A stretch of DNA of 60,851 bases from assembly GCA_030600655.1 (NCBI GenBank), contig JAUVLP010000003.1, forward strand, positions 1-60,851, read 5' to 3'. Below, piece after piece: positions 20,418-29,692 of this stretch (positions within the stretch are counted from its first letter, which is position 1; every line of letters begins with the position of its first letter). The position numbers and the translations under genes were made by a program. A model generated the notes under the pieces. The model did no database searches. It was not told where the DNA came from and was given only the letters and a program-made list of their open reading frames with translations. The stretch is from Candidatus Eiseniibacteriota bacterium (GTDB taxonomy: Bacteria; Joyebacterota; Joyebacteria; Joyebacterales; Joyebacteraceae).

Positions 20418-20502
20418 CAGTGTTTCGGCAGCAGAGGATGAGAGTGTGACCCGCGGGTGCGAAAACCCACTCGCGGGGAGTCACTATTTCCGGAGGGCAA
20501 AC

Positions 20503-21894
20503 TTGAAACGAGTGTGGATCTTGGACCGCAGCGAACCCCAGGCGGCGGACATTCTGAGTGGGCTGTCGTCTCTCATGTACGAAGCCTCTGTCTGGCTCGA
20601 CGCAGCCGCCATGCTCGAGGCGGCCCGAGCGGATGCTCCCGATCTCATTATCGTCGAACAAGGTATTGACTCGATGGGTTTGATGGACGTTCTACGGGCC
20701 ATCAAACGACTCGAGAGACGTGTGCCTGTCATCGTCGTCGCCGAGCAGACGAGTACCCAGGGTGCGATCGAGTCGATGCGTGAGGGGGCGTACGATTATC
20801 TTCCACGAGAGACACTGCCGGGTGGTCTTGAGGATGCCGGGCGGCGCGCTCTCTCAAACGATGGAGGAATGATTCAGGCGATTGGCTCTCCAGGACCAGG
20901 TGATGTTGCAGAATTGGGCGCTGTGATCGGCAAGACACCGGAGATGATCGAGATCCACAAATTGATTGGCCAGGTTGCCGACACCGATGCGCCCGTGCTG
21001 ATTCAGGGCGAGTCCGGGACCGGCAAAGAGCTGGTGGCCCGAGCTCTCCACTACAACAGCAGTCGCAGAGATTCTCCGTTTGTCGCCGTGAACTGCTCGG
21101 CTCTGTTGCCGGAATCTCTGGAGATCGATTTGTTCGGGCGGGGAGGAGAGGGAGGGAAGTGCGGACCGAGCCGCATGGAGATAGCTGATGGGGGCACGAT
21201 CTTCATTGATGAGATCGAAGCGATGGGACTTGAAAATCAGGCCAGGCTTCTCACGATTCTGGAGGACGGCTATTTCGAACGGCCACAATCCAGGAAGAGA
21301 GTCAAGATTGACATAAGAGTGATCGCGGCCACGAGCGCAAGCATTGTCGGCCGCATGAAGAACGGAGACTTCCGTGTAGATTTGTTCTACCGTCTGAAGG
21401 TGGTCTCCGTGTTCATGCCGCCACTAAGGGACCGACGGGATGATATTCCCTGCCTGGCGGAGCACTTCCTCAGCCGTGCCGCGGCCAAGATGCGTCGCGA
21501 CATCAACGGCATCTTCCCTGGGGCCATTGAACTCTTGCAGGAGTACCCGTGGCCGGGTAATGTGCGGGAGCTGGAGCAGGCCATTCAGCGCGCGGTGGCG
21601 CTGAATCGTACCGGAGTCATGATGCCCGAGGACTTCGAGACGTTGTGTGAGGGGCAAGAGTCATGGCAGGGTCTATCGTTCGGGCAGGGGGCGGGTCTTG
21701 AGGCCGCCGTCAGATACGAATTCAAGAGACGCTTTGCCGCAGAGGAAACGGATATCAGCGGAACTATTGTATCGGAAATGGAACGGGTGCTGGCGGATGC
21801 GGCACTCGCGGCTGTAGGTGGAAATCAGGTCAAGGCGGCGCGGCTTCTCGGTATCAGCAGGAACACACTGAGAAAGCGAGTGGAAAAGGTTTGA
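20503..21894 (+). CDS. NtrC-like regulator (degenerate receiver, AAA+, Fis HTH) lacking GAFTGA
   Basis: GESGTGKE, FIDEI, FR.DLFYRL, WPGNVREL, GNQVKAARLLGISRNTLR; GGAGG RBS before TTG 20503. Confidence 0.9.
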   Translation: MKRVWILDRSEPQAADILSGLSSLMYEASVWLDAAAMLEAARADAPDLIIVEQGIDSMGLMDVLRAIKRLERRVPVIVVAEQTSTQGAIESMREGAYDYLPRETLPGGLEDAGRRALSNDGGMIQAIGSPGPGDVAELGAVIGKTPEMIEIHKLIGQVADTDAPVLIQGESGTGKELVARALHYNSSRRDSPFVAVNCSALLPESLEIDLFGRGGEGGKCGPSRMEIADGGTIFIDEIEAMGLENQARLLTILEDGYFERPQSRKRVKIDIRVIAATSASIVGRMKNGDFRVDLFYRLKVVSVFMPPLRDRRDDIPCLAEHFLSRAAAKMRRDINGIFPGAIELLQEYPWPGNVRELEQAIQRAVALNRTGVMMPEDFETLCEGQESWQGLSFGQGAGLEAAVRYEFKRRFAAEETDISGTIVSEMERVLADAALAAVGGNQVKAARLLGISRNTLRKRVEKV

Positions 21895-22427
21895 TGCGAT
21901 CGAAACGGCGACACAGACTGCAGTATGCGTGCCGGCTGTTCGTAGCTGTCGCTCTGATCCTGGCGGCGCTGACGGGATGTTCCCACTACGGTTTCTCCGC
22001 ATCCGTAAGGACGCATATATCGAGTGTGGCCATCCCTGTTCTCGAGAACGAGACGGTAGAGTTTGCTGTTGATCAGGGGCTGACGGACGCCCTGATCGAG
22101 GAATTCTCAGATGACAACAGTCTCAGCATTGTTGGCGAGGACGAGGCCGAATCCATTCTGCGCGGCACGATCGTGCGGTACTCGCGTCCTGTGTTGTCGT
22201 ACGATGCCGGCGGAAACCCACGTGAATACAAGGTCAGTATTGTGGCGAAGCTGTCCTACGAGGATCTCACGAGCAGCACCATCATGTGGGAGGATGAGAT
22301 CATGGGTTGGGCCGTCTATTCCGTCACCGGGGAGGATGGCGAACTGACTACAGAAGAAGAGGCGCAGGAGCGTGCTTTCGAGAAGATCGCTCAGGATGTC
22401 GTCTCACGAACCGTGCAGGCTTGGTAG
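21891..22427 (+). CDS. lptE: LptE-family lipoprotein
   Basis: Lipobox LTGC, YGF, SVAIP..EN.T; immediately before holA. Confidence 0.75.
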   Translation: MMRSKRRHRLQYACRLFVAVALILAALTGCSHYGFSASVRTHISSVAIPVLENETVEFAVDQGLTDALIEEFSDDNSLSIVGEDEAESILRGTIVRYSRPVLSYDAGGNPREYKVSIVAKLSYEDLTSSTIMWEDEIMGWAVYSVTGEDGELTTEEEAQERAFEKIAQDVVSRTVQAW

Positions 22428-22462
22428 GGGACATCGAGGCCCGTGCAACAGGACAGGACAGA

Positions 22463-23455
22463 GTGACATTCTCAGCATTTCAGGAGGCCGTCGAGCGCAG
22501 AGAGTTCGCACCGGTCTATCTCTTTCATGGTGAGGAGCCGTACATCGCTCGGCTCGGGGTGGCCCTTCTGAAGCGAGCTGTGCTCACGCCTGGCAGTGAA
22601 GCGTTCGATCTGGTGAGTTTGATAGGTCGAGAGACCACGGCCGAAGCGATTGTTGCGCAGGCCGGCACTGTTCCGATGTTGTCCGAAAGTCGCCTTACCG
22701 TTGTCTACGAGTTCGATGACCTCGGAGCTGCTCACAGGACGAAGCTTCTCGATTACATGAAGAATCCGGTAGCAAGTTCCTGTCTCGCGCTTGTGAGTTT
22801 CAAGCGACTGAGCGCCAAGAACAAATTCGAGCGAGGTGCGCTCGAGAGCGCGACGGTCGTGGAGTGCGACCACCCCAGTTCTGAAACGCTTGCTATTCTC
22901 GTTGAACGTATGGCATCGAAGCGGGGGATTTCTCTCTCACCTGAGGCGCTGCTCGTTCTCCTCGATTGGACTGATGGGCGGCTCAACAGAATAGACAATG
23001 AGCTCGACAAGCTATCGGCGTACACGGAAGGCAGAGAAACTGTGACCGTGGACGATATCGAACAGGTCGTGGGAGCAAAGGCGTCGAGTCTCAGGGACCT
23101 GGCTCTGTCGGTGACAGAGCGGAGACAGGGTGACGCGCTTGTGCGGCTTGCTGAGCTGATCGAAGGCGGCGTGGATGTGGCTCAGCTCGTTTCGCAGCTC
23201 TACGGTTGCTGGGTGGGTCTCTGGTTGGCCCGAACGCGGCCGGAGCAGGGCCGTGGGGGAGGATGGAGATCGCACCACGTGCTCCTCGGCATGCCGGATC
23301 TGCGTGAGAAAGCGCTTCTCAGAACCTCCCGAGAGTACGCGCGTGGGATAGGTCTTTTCTACAAAGCCGATCTCGACATACGGAAGGGTCTGCCGCCCAA
23401 GCCCACAGTGGGTCTCTTGGTCTGCGGGCTTGCCGGAGACGCCGATCGTGCCTGA
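22463..23455 (+). CDS. holA: DNA polymerase III delta subunit
   Basis: PVYLFHGEEPY, PM, ELDKL, VTVDDIEQVV; start adjusted to GTG 22463. Confidence 0.9.
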   Translation: MTFSAFQEAVERREFAPVYLFHGEEPYIARLGVALLKRAVLTPGSEAFDLVSLIGRETTAEAIVAQAGTVPMLSESRLTVVYEFDDLGAAHRTKLLDYMKNPVASSCLALVSFKRLSAKNKFERGALESATVVECDHPSSETLAILVERMASKRGISLSPEALLVLLDWTDGRLNRIDNELDKLSAYTEGRETVTVDDIEQVVGAKASSLRDLALSVTERRQGDALVRLAELIEGGVDVAQLVSQLYGCWVGLWLARTRPEQGRGGGWRSHHVLLGMPDLREKALLRTSREYARGIGLFYKADLDIRKGLPPKPTVGLLVCGLAGDADRA

Positions 23456-23647
23456 CGGTCCTCGTGGACGACTGCTCAAGACCAGCTGCGCCCCGGGAAG
23501 CCCCACAGAAAGGGCTTGACGGAGCTCATTCCGCTGTGCTATTTAAGATAAAACCGCTTCTTTCGGTGTGCCCCCTGGCGCTCCTACCGGATAGATATGA
23601 CCGGGAATGGCAGTGCGTCGCACGACGCCTAGGAGGAAAAGAGACAT

Positions 23648-25033
23648 ATGCATCCAAAGCACAGTGTATTGGTATGGTCCCTCGTGTTGCTCATCACAAG
23701 TCCGATGCTGGCGTTGGCCGGGGGTCTGTATCTGCCGGGTGTCGGCGTCAGAAGCAGCGCCATGGCCGGCGCGTTTGTCGGTCTGGCCGACGATTACAGC
23801 GCCGTTCATTGGAACCCGGCCGGGATCAGCCAGATCCAGGGACTCGAGGTCACGGTCAGCGGCCACGACGGCATTGCGCTGGCGTCGCGCGCCGACGGGG
23901 CGTTGATATTCGATGGTGCTGAGGTTGGCTGGTTGCGGCCCGCTGTCATAGAAGCGACCTCCGACGCTACGCATTACTTAGCTCCTGGTGTCTATCTGTA
24001 CACGGATACAGGGCCTCTCTCCGCTGTGGCCGATAAATTTGGTCTCTGTGCGTACACGCTCGCGGATTTCGGGACGATCTGGGATGGAGAGAAGCTCTAC
24101 GACGATTTCATCGATACCTATACGACGCTTCCCGGCGACCCCAACGGCTACAGACAGATCTTCGGGGATGCGCCGGACTTCGAGAGTCGGATCACCGGAT
24201 ACGTTCTGTCGCCGGTTCTGGCGAAACAGCTGACAGACAATATTTCGATCGGAATCTCCGCCCACGCGCTCTATGGAAGTTTCCACCTGCTTGATGGCGG
24301 ATGGTACGAAGAATCATTCACGGACTCATCATACCTGTTCTCATTCCAGTCCGAAGAGGATCTTACAGGTTGGGGCTACGGCGCGACCATAGGAATGCTC
24401 TACGACGTCAATCCACAGATCTCGATAGGGGCGGCATTGAGAACGCCTGTCACGGTCAGTCTTGAGGGCGATATCGAGTTCTCGTCGGTGCTGGACACGC
24501 TGGCACTCGGGAAGCATGGAGAGGAAATGGAGTTCACGTTCCCGATGTGGGCAGGTGTCGGTCTTGCGTACCGCGGATTCCTGTTCGACAGCCTCACGAT
24601 GACTGCGGATGTCCATTGGACGCAGTGGTCGGAGGTGTCGGAGTTCACGCGAGAGATGGCCGTGGAGATTCCGGAAGGCCTGGAGCTGCTTACCCCGCTG
24701 ACAACTCTCGACTGGGACGATACGATCGAATTCCGTCTCGGTTTCGAAACGAGGTTGTCGCAAGCGGCAGCGCTGAGATTTGGCTACGCAAGGATCCCTG
24801 AGACGGTGGCGCCTGAGGATATATCCTTCGTTCTGCCCCAAGGCGCGCACGACGTCATCTCGTTCGGTTTCGGCTATCGTCAAGATTGCTGGAGCGCCGA
24901 TCTGACTCTGGCATACATGATGGGTAAGACGGTCACGAAGGCGGCGACGGCGGGAGTGTTGGGTGATTCGTCGCAGGGCAAGAATCTTCATGATGAGATG
25001 GTGCCGAGTCTTTCGTTCACCTATCTCTTCTAG
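23648..25033 (+). CDS. FadL/OmpP1-family outer membrane transport protein
   Basis: Signal peptide, AMAGAFVGLADDYSAVHWNPAG hatch motif, beta strands, terminal YLF. Confidence 0.85.
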   Translation: MHPKHSVLVWSLVLLITSPMLALAGGLYLPGVGVRSSAMAGAFVGLADDYSAVHWNPAGISQIQGLEVTVSGHDGIALASRADGALIFDGAEVGWLRPAVIEATSDATHYLAPGVYLYTDTGPLSAVADKFGLCAYTLADFGTIWDGEKLYDDFIDTYTTLPGDPNGYRQIFGDAPDFESRITGYVLSPVLAKQLTDNISIGISAHALYGSFHLLDGGWYEESFTDSSYLFSFQSEEDLTGWGYGATIGMLYDVNPQISIGAALRTPVTVSLEGDIEFSSVLDTLALGKHGEEMEFTFPMWAGVGLAYRGFLFDSLTMTADVHWTQWSEVSEFTREMAVEIPEGLELLTPLTTLDWDDTIEFRLGFETRLSQAAALRFGYARIPETVAPEDISFVLPQGAHDVISFGFGYRQDCWSADLTLAYMMGKTVTKAATAGVLGDSSQGKNLHDEMVPSLSFTYLF

Positions 25034-25059
25034 CAGCACAGTCGAGGACGAGTGAGGGG

Positions 25060-25090
25060 ACGGCCGGCACCGAGACCCGGTGCCGGCCGT
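25060..25090 (+). terminator. Hairpin after fadL-like gene
   Basis: Perfect 13-bp stem ACGGCCGGCACCG/CGGTGCCGGCCGT, weak T tail. Confidence 0.55.
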
Positions 25091-25154
25091 TCTGTCAAAT
25101 GTCCCCATCCGTGGACCCGTTCGGAAACCACTCCGTCGAGAGAGGTAGTAGCTC

Positions 25155-27650
25155 ATGAGTCACTATCCGTTTGCGAAAATAGAGTCCAAATGGCAGGACA
25201 GGTGGGAGGAGACCGGCCTCTTCCGCTGTCCGACGGTTGCAGACAACAGATTTTTCTGCCTCGTGATGTATCCGTATCCATCGGGTGATCTGCATGTCGG
25301 CCATGGGCGAAACTACATCATAGGTGATGCGCTCGCGCGCTACATGATGATGCGTGGCAAGGCGGTTCTCACACCAATGGGCTGGGATGCATTCGGGCTC
25401 CCGGCTGAGAACGCTGCCATCGAGCGCGGCATCCACCCGCCGGTGTGGACGGACGCAAACATCATCAAGATGAAACAGCAGTTCAAGCGGTGGGGGATAG
25501 GCTACGATTGGGACAGAGAGATATCGTCTCACACACCGGAGTTTTACAAGTGGACGCAATGGATGTTCGTGCGGATGTTCAAAGAGGGACTCGCGTTCAG
25601 AAAGGCTGCGCCTGTTAACTGGTGCCACTCGTGTGCGACCGTTCTCGCGAACGAGCAGGTGGTGGAGGGGAAGTGCGAGCGCTGCGATTCGATAGTCGGC
25701 GTGAGAGATCTAGAGCAGTGGTTCTTCCGGATCACCGACTACGCGGACAGACTGCTCGATGGTCTCGATGGACTCCCCAGCTGGCCCGACCGCGTAAAGA
25801 CGATGCAGCGGAACTGGATCGGGCGAAGCGAGGGGGTAGAGATCGACTTCACTATCGCTGAGACGGGCGATCCATTGTCCTGCTTCACAACGCGCGTGGA
25901 CACCGTATTCGGTGTGACGTACATGGTCATGGCCGCTGAACATCCGATGGTGCGCCGACTGGTCGTGGGGACAGAGCGCGAGCAGGAGGTGCTGGCATTC
26001 GCCGAGCGAGTGAAGGCTCAGGGGAGTTTCGAACGGTCCGCTGCTGATGTAAAGAAAGAGGGTGTCTGGACAGGGTTCCACGTGATCAACCCCGTCAACG
26101 GCGAGAGGATCCCGCTCTGGGTCGCAAACTACGTATTGATGGAGTACGGAACGGGTGCAGTCATGGCGGTCCCCGCTCACGATGAACGGGACTTCGACTT
26201 TGCACGGGAGTATGGACTTCCCGTTCGGGTCGTCATCGACAAGTCGGGTGGGAGCCTGGACGGCGCTTCAATGAGCGAAGCATACATCGAGAACGGGATT
26301 CAGGTGAATTCCGCGCAGTTCGACGGTCTTCCGAACACAGAGGCGATGGAGCGTATCGCTGATTGGATGGATGAGAAAGGGATAGGCCGGCGGGCTATCA
26401 GCTATCGTCTGAGGGACTGGCTTGTTTCCAGGCAGCGGTACTGGGGCACGCCGATCCCGGTCATATACTGCGACGATTGCGGCCCGCAGCCGGTGCCGGA
26501 AGAGGATCTCCCTGTGTTGCTTCCGACGGACGTCGAGTTCACCGGCAAGGGGGAGTCACCTCTCACGACATCCAGCACGTTTATGGACGCCCCCTGTCCC
26601 AAGTGCGGAAAGCCTGGGAAACGTGAGACTGACACGCTGGACACATTCGTTGATTCAAGCTGGTACCTTCTCAGATATATCAGCCCGCGCGAGGAGACGC
26701 TCCCGTTCATCAAGGAGGATGTCAACCGGTGGTTCCCTGTGGATCAGTACATCGGTGGGGTCGAGCACGCCTGCGGGCATCTCATCTTCGTGAGGTTCAT
26801 GACCAAGGTGCTTCATGACATGGGGCTTGTAGATTTCGAGGAACCGATCGAGCGGCTCTTCTCGCAGGGAATGATCTACAAGGATGGCCTCAAGATGTCG
26901 AAATCGAAAGGTAATGTTGTCTCCCCAAACAAGCTGATAGAACGCTTCGGCGCCGATACGGAGAGGCTCTACACGTTGTTCGCCGGTCCACCGGATCGTG
27001 ACGCCGAGTGGAACGACACCGCAGTCGAGGGCGCATACAGATTCCTGAATCGCGTCTGGAGAATGATGGAGGACTGGCCGTTTGATGTGGCGCAACTGGG
27101 AAGTGCCGCGGCTCTGTTTGACAGCGGAGACCTGCCTGGAAACGTAGCTTCGCTTCATCGCAAGACGCACCAGACGATCCGCAAGGTCACGAGCGACATG
27201 GACACGTTCCATTTCAACACTGGAGTTGCCGCGCTCATGGAACTGGTGAATGAGACGCGTTCGTTTGTTGATGCGTTGGGGGAGAGTGAACCTTCATCTC
27301 TGGAGCGTGCCGCCATCAGCGAATCGCTTGCGAGCACGACGATGCTTCTGGGTCCGATGGTTCCGCATTTCGCGGAGGAGATATGGGAGCGGATGGGTGG
27401 ACAGGAGACACTCTTTCGGCAGGAGTGGCCTTCATTTGACGCCGAGGCAGCCCGAGAGGATGTGGTTACGATCGCCATTCAGATCAATGGAAAGCTGAGG
27501 GGCAGCATCGAGGTCGAGAAGGGCGTGGATGAGAAGTCTGTACTCGCTCTGGTCCAATCAGATGAGAGAATCGCGCGACACCTCGCGGGCAAGGCGACTC
27601 GGCGTGTGGTCTTCGTGCCCGACCGCCTCCTGAATCTTGTGGTCGGTTAG
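25155..27650 (+). CDS. leuS: Leucyl-tRNA synthetase
   Basis: YPYPSG.LHVGH, editing domain YGTGAVMAVPAHD, SRQRYWG, KMSKS. Confidence 0.98.
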   Translation: MSHYPFAKIESKWQDRWEETGLFRCPTVADNRFFCLVMYPYPSGDLHVGHGRNYIIGDALARYMMMRGKAVLTPMGWDAFGLPAENAAIERGIHPPVWTDANIIKMKQQFKRWGIGYDWDREISSHTPEFYKWTQWMFVRMFKEGLAFRKAAPVNWCHSCATVLANEQVVEGKCERCDSIVGVRDLEQWFFRITDYADRLLDGLDGLPSWPDRVKTMQRNWIGRSEGVEIDFTIAETGDPLSCFTTRVDTVFGVTYMVMAAEHPMVRRLVVGTEREQEVLAFAERVKAQGSFERSAADVKKEGVWTGFHVINPVNGERIPLWVANYVLMEYGTGAVMAVPAHDERDFDFAREYGLPVRVVIDKSGGSLDGASMSEAYIENGIQVNSAQFDGLPNTEAMERIADWMDEKGIGRRAISYRLRDWLVSRQRYWGTPIPVIYCDDCGPQPVPEEDLPVLLPTDVEFTGKGESPLTTSSTFMDAPCPKCGKPGKRETDTLDTFVDSSWYLLRYISPREETLPFIKEDVNRWFPVDQYIGGVEHACGHLIFVRFMTKVLHDMGLVDFEEPIERLFSQGMIYKDGLKMSKSKGNVVSPNKLIERFGADTERLYTLFAGPPDRDAEWNDTAVEGAYRFLNRVWRMMEDWPFDVAQLGSAAALFDSGDLPGNVASLHRKTHQTIRKVTSDMDTFHFNTGVAALMELVNETRSFVDALGESEPSSLERAAISESLASTTMLLGPMVPHFAEEIWERMGGQETLFRQEWPSFDAEAAREDVVTIAIQINGKLRGSIEVEKGVDEKSVLALVQSDERIARHLAGKATRRVVFVPDRLLNLVVG

Positions 27651-28681
27651 CGAACGTCACCGGCGTGGCCGTAGTGAAATGCGGCGCTGTCGGGATTCGC
27701 TGAGGAAGGCATAGCAGTGACAGAGGCATCGTACGACCTGGCAAGTCCCAGGTGTGCGTCGCCATTGCCCGGGTCGCGTGCGATCCGGGCTCTGTATTGA
27801 AGACGGGCACGTGCCACAAAGACCGTGGCGCGGTCAAGGCGCCCGATCTGGTTGTATGCCCAGGCTGCGATCATCAGCTCGTCAGGACCAAGGCCACCCA
27901 GTGTCTTGAGCAGCTGATCAGCGCCTGCCCGTGCCCACCAGAGCGCGGCCTGGCGTCCCGCGGTCTCCCTGTCGTCCTCGTCGTCTGCTCCTCTTGCGAC
28001 ATCGACATAGGCAAAGCCAAGCGCTCTGGATATCGCCTCTCCTAAACTGGGATTCACAGGTCTTGGAAGCTTGGTGTAGATATCACCGGCACGTATCAGT
28101 GAGGCTGCAGCGTGAGGCCCTCTGTCGGACATGAGTTGGGCGTAACCGATGAGACTGAGTTGCTCGTAGGAGCGAGCAGGGGAGGTGTCGGCTCCGGCGA
28201 CAACAACTGTCAGCTCAAGCTCCGCTCGACCGTACTGGCCGAGGCGGACATGCTCCAGCGCACGCGTCATCAGCTCTCTGTGAGAAAGCGATAGGAATGC
28301 ATCAGCTACTTGCGCCAGTTCCTCGGTGAGGGAATCCCCGCGAGCGACAGCAAGCAGAAGCTCCTTCACCGAATCATCATCGAGCTGGGCTTGAGCTTCC
28401 CATATGTCTGTGTTGACTGATTCAGCAGCCTGCGCAGTACCATCATTCTGTGCCGGCTCAGACAACGCCTGCAGGGGGAGTGCAACAACCGCGATAGCTA
28501 GAAGAGCTAGAAGAATCGCGTAGTTTACATAATACATATTATGCGACAGCGAGAGGGCGGATGGAGCTTTTGGCCGAAAGCTCCGACGTACGGCTCTTGG
28601 CGCCGATTTGATCGTGCGAGCCGTTCTTATGGCGCACCGCATGTGAAACTCGCCGGATGATCGATTCGGGAGTGAGTTCAT
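27647..28681 (-). CDS. Hypothetical alpha-helical/TPR-like exported or membrane-anchored protein; start uncertain (28681 or 28537)
   Basis: Hydrophobic segment AILLALLAIAVVALP then Ala/Leu-rich helical repeats; ATG 28681 lies 1 nt after the upstream stop. Confidence 0.6.
   Translation of the reverse strand: MNSLPNRSSGEFHMRCAIRTARTIKSAPRAVRRSFRPKAPSALSLSHNMYYVNYAILLALLAIAVVALPLQALSEPAQNDGTAQAAESVNTDIWEAQAQLDDDSVKELLLAVARGDSLTEELAQVADAFLSLSHRELMTRALEHVRLGQYGRAELELTVVVAGADTSPARSYEQLSLIGYAQLMSDRGPHAAASLIRAGDIYTKLPRPVNPSLGEAISRALGFAYVDVARGADDEDDRETAGRQAALWWARAGADQLLKTLGGLGPDELMIAAWAYNQIGRLDRATVFVARARLQYRARIARDPGNGDAHLGLARSYDASVTAMPSSANPDSAAFHYGHAGDVR
28522..28549 (-). other. dif: XerCD dif site (chromosome dimer resolution)
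   Basis: Minus strand CTGTCGCATAA-TATGTA-TTATGTAAACT versus E. coli dif GGTGCGCATAA-TGTATA-TTATGTTAAAT; AT-rich island at the gene-orientation switch. Confidence 0.9.
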
Positions 28682-28682
28682 G

Positions 28683-29363
28683 CTAGAGATGAGACTGTGC
28701 TTCGGCCAGCGTCATGCGAGCCTCGTCGAGCCAGGGCGTGTCTGGATACGTGTCGATGATATCGCGGGACACGGCGGCCACGGATTCCCAGTCGCCGGCG
28801 GCACGGAGATTCCGGATGGCGGCGTTGAGGTACCGAGCTGCAGCCACGGGTTCGTTGTCGGTGTGGGCGGCGACGTCTTGATAGATAGCTGCAGCCTCTG
28901 CGAAGGCACGCTGCTGTTCGAGGACGGAAGCCTTGCCTTCGAGGGCGAGACGATCAAGCGTGCGATCGCCTCGGTGGCGGTCGAGATAGGTGTCAAAATG
29001 CGCCAGGGCCTTGGTGTAGTCCTGCTGGGTGAAGGCCAGGGAGCCGAGGTAACAGGTGGCGGCGCTGGCGCCTCTGGTGCCCGGGTAGAGGTCGATGAGG
29101 CTCTCGTACTGGGTCTGGGCCTGGGTGATAAGGCCGGAGTTGAGGGCCTGTGATGCCTCGGCCAGCGCGGCAGCGGCGGCTATCTCTGTCGCTCGCCGTG
29201 AGCGCGTGACCATAGCAACAACGGCTATGATAACTATGACGGCAGCGAGACCGATCAGAACCTTGTTCAGGTGTTCCTCAATGAACTTGGTGCCCTTCGC
29301 CGTTGTCTCGAGGAGCACATCGTGCTTGAGCTGCTGCTTGGTTATCCGTGTTCTCTTTCCCAA
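28683..29363 (-). CDS. Single-TM TPR protein (YfgM-like)
   Basis: RITKQQLKHD N-terminus, one TM, TPR helices (YPGT, YPDT); GGAGG RBS before TTG 29363. Confidence 0.8.
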   Translation of the reverse strand: MGKRTRITKQQLKHDVLLETTAKGTKFIEEHLNKVLIGLAAVIVIIAVVAMVTRSRRATEIAAAAALAEASQALNSGLITQAQTQYESLIDLYPGTRGASAATCYLGSLAFTQQDYTKALAHFDTYLDRHRGDRTLDRLALEGKASVLEQQRAFAEAAAIYQDVAAHTDNEPVAAARYLNAAIRNLRAAGDWESVAAVSRDIIDTYPDTPWLDEARMTLAEAQSHL

Positions 29364-29472
29364 AGGATCCTCCGAAAGTCGTTGATTGATCAGTTTGGCC
29401 GCACCAGCCTCGTCTCTGCCCGGACTGCGCATTGACAGGCTGCCGGAGACGACACGCTATGTTCAATCCCAA

Positions 29473-29501
29473 AGCATAGCAGGATGAGGGGGCGCATTCA
29501 A
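29473..29501 (-). promoter_or_regulatory. sigma70-type promoter for TPR gene
   Basis: TTGAAT-17 bp-TATGCT with extended TG. Confidence 0.55.
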
Positions 29502-29602
29502 GTCAAACCGGATTTTGGGAAGGGAGCGCATGGGACATCGTGACCCACCCAGCCGGGTGAGGCAGGCGGCTGGGCCGGGGTACATATGCAGGCATACGGA
29601 AA

Positions 29603-29632
29603 GAGGGGCCTTCGCTTTCGCGAAAGCCCCTC
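29603..29632 (-). terminator. Rho-independent terminator
   Basis: GAGGGGCTTTCGC-GAAA-GCGAAGGCCCCTC followed by TTT on minus strand. Confidence 0.7.
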
Positions 29633-29692
29633 TCCCACCGTACTTCGCGCTTTCCCTTCCTGCGCGGCCGAGGAAAGCGTTTGCTCGTCGTT

